Shown: in pieces, positions 58,038-64,000 of the stretch | Numbering within the stretch: position 1 is the first letter of the stretch | Layout of the letters: each line of letters starts with the position of its first letter | Assembly (NCBI GenBank): GCA_900543615.1 | Contig: UQSC01000001.1 | Coordinates: 17,684 to 81,683, forward strand | Source of the DNA: an uncultured Collinsella sp. | GTDB taxonomy: Bacteria; Actinomycetota; Coriobacteriia; Coriobacteriales; Coriobacteriaceae | Reading direction: 5' to 3' | Length of the DNA stretch: 64,000 nt | The notes under the pieces: model-generated | The model's database searches: none | What the model was told of the DNA's origin: nothing | Seen by the model: the letters and a program-made list of their open reading frames with translations, nothing else | Translations under genes and position numbers: made by a program

Positions 58038-58321
58038 ACAAAGACCTCTCTCGCTAAATTCAGCCTTAAAGGGCAAAAGACGTCCCGCGGCAGAAACGAT
58101 GAAACATTCTGTATTATCAACCATCCTAATATGCCACCTGGCCTTGCGCGCATTGCAGCCTTCTAAAAAATTGCATGGACTGTGTCGTGGGTTAATAAAT
58201 GACAACAGTGTCCACCCCGTGTAAAAACAAGGAAATCTGGGTGCTATTCTTTATCCAAATGTCTTGATGTGCCTCATTGACCCACAATGCCGACCCATCA
58301 TGCCCAAGCAAAGGATTCCAG

Positions 58322-60370
58322 ATGAAACGACACTTCGAACGTCGCCACCGCTCGGCACATGTCCAGTTGACCCGGCACATCGTCTGCGCCTTCGCGACGA
58401 TCGTTGTGGCCCTTGCCACCATCATCGGCGCGAGCGGCTGTTCGTCCTCCCAGAACGCCTCGAGCACCTACACACTCGTCGAGAATGGCAAGCTCACCGT
58501 CGCAAGTGACTTGGCCACACCCCCGTTTGAATACGTCAACGATTCCGGCGAAGACCAGGGCTTTACCTATGAACTCATGGGTATGATCGCAGACGAGCTC
58601 GGTCTGGAGCTCAACTACTTGCCGGCGCAAAAGTTCGACGGCATTATCCCCATGGTCAAGCAGGGTGTAAAGACCGATGTCGGCGCATGTAACATCACGA
58701 TTACCGACGAGCGCAAGGAAGAGGTCGACTTCACCGACCCCTATATCGACTCCAACCAGGGCGTCGCAGTCGCAAAGAACACTGGATACGACACGGTCGA
58801 TAGCCTCAACGCACCGGGCGTCAAAATTGCCGTGCAGTCGGGCACCACGTCCGAGGAGTGGGCAATCGAGAACCTGCCGCAGGCAACCACCGTCAACTTT
58901 GACGACTGGACGGCAGCCTTCACCGCCGTCATGAGTGGTCAGTGCCAGGCGGTCGTATGCGACCTGCCCGTTGAGCAGTGGATGGTTTCGAACTCCTTTA
59001 CCGGTATGGAGATCATCAAAGAGGTTCCGACGGGCGAGCAGTTTGGCATTGCCGTCTCTAAAGACAACCCCGGGCTGACACAGGCCATCAACGATGCCCT
59101 CACCAAGACCAAGAGCTCCGGCGCCTATGACAAACTGTACGAGAAGTGGTTTGGCATGGCACCCACGAGCGGGGCCGATAACAAGGATGTCTCGAGCTCA
59201 GACGACGCGACGGGCGCTTCACTTGCCGTCACCTCGGCGACCGCCAAGTCAAACGAAGACGGCGGCAACGGCGTACTCGGCGGCATCGCAACCCGCCTGA
59301 CCTGGGAAGCGACAACGGGTAGCGACGAGGGCGACGTTTCGCAAATTGAGTTTGAGCTGCCCGAGGGCGGATCGTTTGAGAGCACCGATGTTAAGGTCAC
59401 GCTGCTCGACGGACTGAACCAGACGGGTGTCAAGGCATCGTGCTCTCTGGACGGTTCAAAGCTCGTCATCAAGTTCGCCGATCCCGTCGCTGCCGGCTCG
59501 CAGATTCGCGTTGTCGTCCCCGACGTCGTATTCCCAAGCAACGCGGGTGCCTATGCCGTCACCGGCAGCTATGTCGCCGACGACAACAAGCGAGATCTTC
59601 CCGAGAGCCCCACCATCAGCGTTTCGGAGAGCACCATGGTGCAAGAAATCGTCGCTTGGCTCGATGCCCAGCCTTGGGTTGCCGCGTGGAACTCCAACCC
59701 GTTTTTGGGCATGTTCTGCAAGCCGCAGATTATCGTCACCTCAATCGCCTCGCTCTTTAAGGGCTGGGGCATAGCACTTGCCGTGACCGCCATCGGTTTT
59801 CCGCTCGCCATCCCCATCGGCTTGCTGTTTGCCTTTATGAAAATCAGTCATAGTCGTATGCTGCGCGGCATCGCCGTGACATACATCAACGTCCTGCGCG
59901 GAACCCCGCTCTTCCTGCAGATCTACATTGCGTTCTTTGGGTTCCCTATGATCGGTCTCAACGTGCCCAATCTGCCGCTCGGCGTTGGCGTGCTCGCCAT
60001 CAACTGCTCGGCCTATCTTGCCGAGATTTTCCGTGCCGGTATCGAGAGCGTACCGCATGGTCAAGCGGAAGCCGCCTACTCGCTTGGCATGACTTGGTCC
60101 CAAGTTATGTCGCGCATCGTGATCCCGCAGGCCGTACGTTGCGTTATACCGACTATGACCAGCGAGTTCGTTATGCTGTACAAGGACACGTCACTGCTTT
60201 CGAGCGTTGGCGTCATGGAGCTCATGCTGTTCTCCAAAAACCTCACGGCCACCACGGGCAACATTACGCCCTACATTTGCGCCGCACTTTACTATCTGGT
60301 CGTGACGATTCCGCTCATCCACATCGTCACCAAGGTGGAGCACCGTCTCGCCGAGCGCAGTAAGCGCTAA
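58322..60370 (+). CDS. Amino-acid ABC transporter: substrate-binding domain + beta-rich insert + permease fusion
   Basis: ASGC lipobox; PPFE, ITDER...DFTDPY SBP_bac_3 motifs; RGTPL and AYLAEIFRAGI..GQAEAA permease motifs. Confidence 0.9.
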   Translation: MKRHFERRHRSAHVQLTRHIVCAFATIVVALATIIGASGCSSSQNASSTYTLVENGKLTVASDLATPPFEYVNDSGEDQGFTYELMGMIADELGLELNYLPAQKFDGIIPMVKQGVKTDVGACNITITDERKEEVDFTDPYIDSNQGVAVAKNTGYDTVDSLNAPGVKIAVQSGTTSEEWAIENLPQATTVNFDDWTAAFTAVMSGQCQAVVCDLPVEQWMVSNSFTGMEIIKEVPTGEQFGIAVSKDNPGLTQAINDALTKTKSSGAYDKLYEKWFGMAPTSGADNKDVSSSDDATGASLAVTSATAKSNEDGGNGVLGGIATRLTWEATTGSDEGDVSQIEFELPEGGSFESTDVKVTLLDGLNQTGVKASCSLDGSKLVIKFADPVAAGSQIRVVVPDVVFPSNAGAYAVTGSYVADDNKRDLPESPTISVSESTMVQEIVAWLDAQPWVAAWNSNPFLGMFCKPQIIVTSIASLFKGWGIALAVTAIGFPLAIPIGLLFAFMKISHSRMLRGIAVTYINVLRGTPLFLQIYIAFFGFPMIGLNVPNLPLGVGVLAINCSAYLAEIFRAGIESVPHGQAEAAYSLGMTWSQVMSRIVIPQAVRCVIPTMTSEFVMLYKDTSLLSSVGVMELMLFSKNLTATTGNITPYICAALYYLVVTIPLIHIVTKVEHRLAERSKR

Positions 60371-60561
60371 CCGCTCATACATAGCATTCGCAACCACGGC
60401 CCGCCGCTTCGTCTGAAGATCGGGCCGTGGTTTTTTCGGTTCGCTCGGCGCTTATGCCCTATCACGAAACAAAAGATTGGCATGATAGTAAAGATTATTT
60501 GACATCAGCTGCCACAATCCTTGCGGCAGTACACCTGAGCCGTCAGCAGAAAGGATCTTGC

Positions 60562-62430
60562 ATGTGCGGTTTTGTCGGTTTTACCGGTACAGATGAACAG
60601 AGTGAGCTGGTTCTCACGGCTATGATGAATCGCATCATCCACCGTGGTCCCGATATGGGCGGCCAGCATATCGTCGACAACGTTGCCCTTGGCTTCCGTC
60701 GTCTTTCGATTCTTGATCTTTCCGAAGCTGGAGCTCAGCCCATGTCGAGCGACGACGGCAAGGTCACGATTGTCTTCAACGGAGAGATCTACAACTTCCA
60801 GGAGCTTCGCGCCGAGCTGGAGGCAGCCGGCTACGCCTTCCACTGCAACGCTGATACCGAGGTCCTGGTACACGGTTACGAGGAGTGGGGCGAGGACCTG
60901 GTCAACCGCCTGCGCGGCATGTACGCGTTCGTGATTCACGACCAGAACAAGAACAAACTCTTTGGCGCTCGCGACATCTTTGGTATCAAGCCGTTCTATT
61001 ACTACCAGGCATCCGATGGCTCGCTGCTGTTTGGCTCCGAGATCAAGAGCTTCCTGGACCATCCCAAGTTTGAGAAGGCTGTCAACCACGACGCGCTGCG
61101 CCCCTACCTGACGCTGCAATTCCCCGCCACGGAGGAGACCTTCTTTAAGGGCGTGTTCAAGCTTGCCCCGGCGCATTGCTTTACGTATGACCTGACGACC
61201 AACACCATGGACATCAAGCGTTACTGGAGCTGTGACTTCACCGACGACAACTCCAAGACCTTCGAGGAGTACGTGGACGAGTGCGACAAGGTCGTGCACG
61301 AAAGCGTCGCTGCACACCGAATCGCCGATGTTAAGGTGGGCTCGTTCCTTTCTGGCGGCGTGGACTCCAGCTACATTGCCGCCTGTCTCATGCCTGACAC
61401 CACGTATTCTGTCGGCTTTGATTACAAGAACTTCAACGAGACCAACTACGCTGCCGAGCTTTCCGACAAGCTGGGCATCAAGAACGTCCGCAAGATGATT
61501 ACCGCCGACGAGTTCTTCGATGCACTGCCCGATATCCAGTATCACATGGACGAGCCGCAATCGAACCTGTCCAGCGTGCCGCTGTACTATCTGGCGCAGA
61601 TGGCTTCCGAGGAGGTCACCGTCGTCCTTTCGGGCGAGGGTGCCGACGAGCTGTTTGCCGGCTACGAGTGGTACGAGGACACCCCCGAGATGCGCTCCTT
61701 TAAGAAGCGCGTGCCGCTCGGCGTACGTCGCGCCCTGGGCTCGCTCGTTCAGCATCTCCCCTACTTTAAGGGTCACAACTTCCTAACGAAATGCGCCGAG
61801 GTTCCCGAGCGCTGGTATGTGGGTCAGGCAAAGGTGTTCGATCCCTCCGAGGTCGACGAGGTGCTCAAGCCCGCTTATGACACCGGCAAGAACGCCGCCG
61901 AGATGTGCGCCGAGTACTACAAGCAGGTTCCCGATTGCTGCGAGCTTTCCAAGAAACAGTATCTGGATATGAACATGTGGCTGCCGGGCGACATTCTGCT
62001 CAAAGCAGACAAGATGTGCATGGCGCATTCTCTGGAGCTTCGCGTCCCGTTCCTGGACAAGAAGGTCATGGAGTTTGCCGAGCACATTCCCGCCAACTAC
62101 CGTGTTAACGAAGAAGGCTGCAAGCTCGTTCTGCGTCACGCTGCCAACCGTACGCTGCCCGACGAGTGGGCAACGCGCAAGAAGGTGGGCTTCCCCGTAC
62201 CGGTCAAGTTCTGGCTGCGCGAGCAAAAGTACTACGACTACGTAAAGGAATACTTCACCGCACCGTGGGCTGCCGATTTCTTTGACACCGATGCGCTCAT
62301 GAAACTGCTTGACGATCACTTTGAGGGTCGCGCGCTCAACCAGCGCAAGATCTATACCACACTGACGTTCCTCATCTGGTATAAGCGCTTCTTTATCGAC
62401 GAGGACACGGACGCCGAAGTCGCCGCGTAA
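60562..62430 (+). CDS. asnB: Asparagine synthase (glutamine-hydrolysing) family amidotransferase
   Basis: N-terminal MCG, HRGPD, NGEIYN, LSGGVDSS, SGEGADE and RVPFLD. Confidence 0.93.
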   Translation: MCGFVGFTGTDEQSELVLTAMMNRIIHRGPDMGGQHIVDNVALGFRRLSILDLSEAGAQPMSSDDGKVTIVFNGEIYNFQELRAELEAAGYAFHCNADTEVLVHGYEEWGEDLVNRLRGMYAFVIHDQNKNKLFGARDIFGIKPFYYYQASDGSLLFGSEIKSFLDHPKFEKAVNHDALRPYLTLQFPATEETFFKGVFKLAPAHCFTYDLTTNTMDIKRYWSCDFTDDNSKTFEEYVDECDKVVHESVAAHRIADVKVGSFLSGGVDSSYIAACLMPDTTYSVGFDYKNFNETNYAAELSDKLGIKNVRKMITADEFFDALPDIQYHMDEPQSNLSSVPLYYLAQMASEEVTVVLSGEGADELFAGYEWYEDTPEMRSFKKRVPLGVRRALGSLVQHLPYFKGHNFLTKCAEVPERWYVGQAKVFDPSEVDEVLKPAYDTGKNAAEMCAEYYKQVPDCCELSKKQYLDMNMWLPGDILLKADKMCMAHSLELRVPFLDKKVMEFAEHIPANYRVNEEGCKLVLRHAANRTLPDEWATRKKVGFPVPVKFWLREQKYYDYVKEYFTAPWAADFFDTDALMKLLDDHFEGRALNQRKIYTTLTFLIWYKRFFIDEDTDAEVAA

Positions 62431-62487
62431 GTTTCGTTATGAATTAGCAGTGAACAGCCCAGGGTTTCCGCTATACTCAATCCCTGC

Positions 62488-62563
62488 GGGCGATTGGCGC
62501 AACGGTTAGCGCAGGTGCTTTACACGCACAAGGCTGGGGGTTCGAATCCCTCATCGCCCACCA
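62488..62563 (+). tRNA. tRNA-Val (TAC)
   Basis: GGGCGAT...TTTACAC...GGTTCGAATCC...ATCGCCCACCA; TATACT -10 box just upstream. Confidence 0.94.
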
Positions 62564-62572
62564 CTGAATTGG

Positions 62573-62600
62573 AAACGGTCCTCGAAAGAGGACCGTTTTT
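62573..62600 (+). terminator. Terminator after tRNA-Val
   Basis: AAACGGTCCTC-GAAA-GAGGACCGTTTTT. Confidence 0.8.
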
Positions 62601-62614
62601 GTTTGGGCCCATTT

Positions 62615-62740
62615 CATGGGATTCGAACCCGCAAGGGTGCGGAGCTGAGGAAACGCGAAGCGTTTTCCAGCGCAGCACGCGAGGAGCGGAGGCCCGAAGC
62701 GAAAGCGGGCGGCGAAATGGACCCTTGGCGAATACCCATG
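62615..62740. other. Structured palindromic element containing an antisense copy of the tRNA T-arm
   Basis: Terminal IR CATGGG(T)ATTCG; GGGATTCGAACCC; internal hairpins closed by GCAA, GAA and GAAA loops. Confidence 0.55.
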
Positions 62741-63072
62741 TGCAAAATATGCCAAATATGAGTACTGCTACCTTTTTGGTAGCAGCGTTTTCGAAGTCAT
62801 AAAAGGCAAATCCGACATTAGAACGACGACTGATAGTCCAGTTAAGCCAATTTAGTTACTGCAAAACTGGACACATGTGGCCCAACTCATCTAAAAACGC
62901 CTAATTTATATGTTACGAAGTTAGTGCCCGTACTCATATTTGCCACTTTTTGCACACGGCCTATCCCAGCCATGGTAAATCGATAACAAAACGGGCTCCA
63001 GACCGCTGAATCGTGCCGCATATGGCACGTCCGCAGTCCGGAACCCGGTCCAAATTGAGTTATTGCGCTGTG

Positions 63073-64000
63073 TTAGGCCAAAACGTCCGACAAAATCTCG
63101 ATCAGGCTGTCCACGTCGGCTTCCTCGCACACGAGCGGCGGCAGGAAACGCAGCGTGTGGGCACCAGTAGCGTTAATCACGGCGCCGGCGGCCAGCGCGC
63201 GGGCAACAATATCATGTGCATCGCCCGCAGCGTCATCCAAATCGCAGCCGAGCATTAAGCCGCGACCGCGTACCTCGACCACATGCGGCAGCTTGGTGAG
63301 TTTTGCCTCCATATAAGCACCCACCTTGGCAGCATGCTCGGCATAATCGCCGCGCACGAGCGCGGAGAGCGTCGCGGCGCACGCCGCGACAGCCAAGCAG
63401 CTACCGCCAAAGGTCGAACCGTGGTCACCAGGCTTAAACACGTCGGCGATCTCTTTCTTTGCCACCACGGCGCCCATGGGGACGCCGTCGGCGATGCCCT
63501 TGGCAAGACTCATGATGTCGGGCTCCACGCCATAGGTCTGGAATGCAAACGGCTTGCCGGAGCGGAAGATGCCACACTGGACCTCGTCGGCGATAAGAAC
63601 GGCGCCCACCTCGTGCGCCAGGTCGCGCGCTGCCGTCATAAACTCCTCGGTCATGGGGTGTACACCGCTCTCGCCCTGGATCGGCTCGAGCATCACGGCA
63701 CAAATTTCGCTTCTCAGCTGCTTAAAGATCGAACGTAGTTCGTCGACATCGTTGGGCGTGCAGGCCACAAAACCGCCCGGCAGCGGACGGAAGCTATCCT
63801 GCAGCCAATCCTGCATGGTGGCGGCAATGGTCTCGAGCGTACGGCCGTGGAAGCCGCCGCGCATGCACACGATGGTGTTGCCACCGTTACCAGCACGCTT
63901 GGCGTACAGACGCGCGAGCTTCATCGAGCCCTCGTTGGCTTCGGCACCAGAATTGGCAAAGAACGTCTCCCATACCTGCTCGCCCGTCGTCGGAGCGCCG
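63073..64000 (-). CDS. argD: Acetylornithine aminotransferase (class III), 3' part; starts beyond the window
   Basis: FANSGAEANEG, FHGRT, EPIQGESG, DEVQCG, AKG, HGSTFGG and LRFLPPL. Confidence 0.9.
   Translation of the reverse strand, partial: GAPTTGEQVWETFFANSGAEANEGSMKLARLYAKRAGNGGNTIVCMRGGFHGRTLETIAATMQDWLQDSFRPLPGGFVACTPNDVDELRSIFKQLRSEICAVMLEPIQGESGVHPMTEEFMTAARDLAHEVGAVLIADEVQCGIFRSGKPFAFQTYGVEPDIMSLAKGIADGVPMGAVVAKKEIADVFKPGDHGSTFGGSCLAVAACAATLSALVRGDYAEHAAKVGAYMEAKLTKLPHVVEVRGRGLMLGCDLDDAAGDAHDIVARALAAGAVINATGAHTLRFLPPLVCEEADVDSLIEILSDVLA

Noticed and set aside
62760..63072. AT-rich stretch between tRNA-Val and argD as a small gene or island remnant
   Set aside because: It contains only short palindromes (e.g. 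CTGCTACC...GGTAGCAG) and no credible ORF or att repeat, so there is too little evidence to call.

Overview
GC-rich, mostly housekeeping chromosomal segment. Protein sequences and gene content suggest a gut Coriobacteriia bacterium, probably Collinsella-like (inference, not a database result). The minus strand carries a Bacillus-like conserved backbone: murE, murI-rph-rdgB-dtd, veg-ispE, tRNA-Pro, tatA, greA-lysS, clpC, disA-ispD-ispF-cysS-rlmB-NYN, tRNA-Thr/Tyr/Thr/Met, tuf, rpmG, tRNA-Trp, secE-nusG-rplK-rplA. rplJ is displaced about 22 kb from rplA by a block of metabolic and transport genes (feoAB fusion, GH13, PTS IIA, asnS, WYL regulator, ABC transporter, sortase-anchored 5'-nucleotidase, MscS). 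There are seven tRNA genes, an L10 leader and a yybP-ykoY (Mn) riboswitch. I found no transposase, integrase, phage or CRISPR-cas gene. The best candidates for undescribed biology are: (i) a signal-peptide-less ParB/Srx-like + BMP nucleoside-binding fusion coupled to a metallophosphoesterase; (ii) a stand-alone HTH-HipA-like kinase with a double operator and no antitoxin; (iii) a TetR-controlled 1479-aa CoA-activase/dehydratase-like fusion; (iv) several families of intergenic palindromic elements, including a fixed-length 67-bp element (3 copies), GGG(A/G)(A/T)CAG-core hairpins that sit on TAA stop codons, periodic alternating inverted-repeat arrays, a 222-nt hairpin, and a structured element downstream of tRNA-Val.
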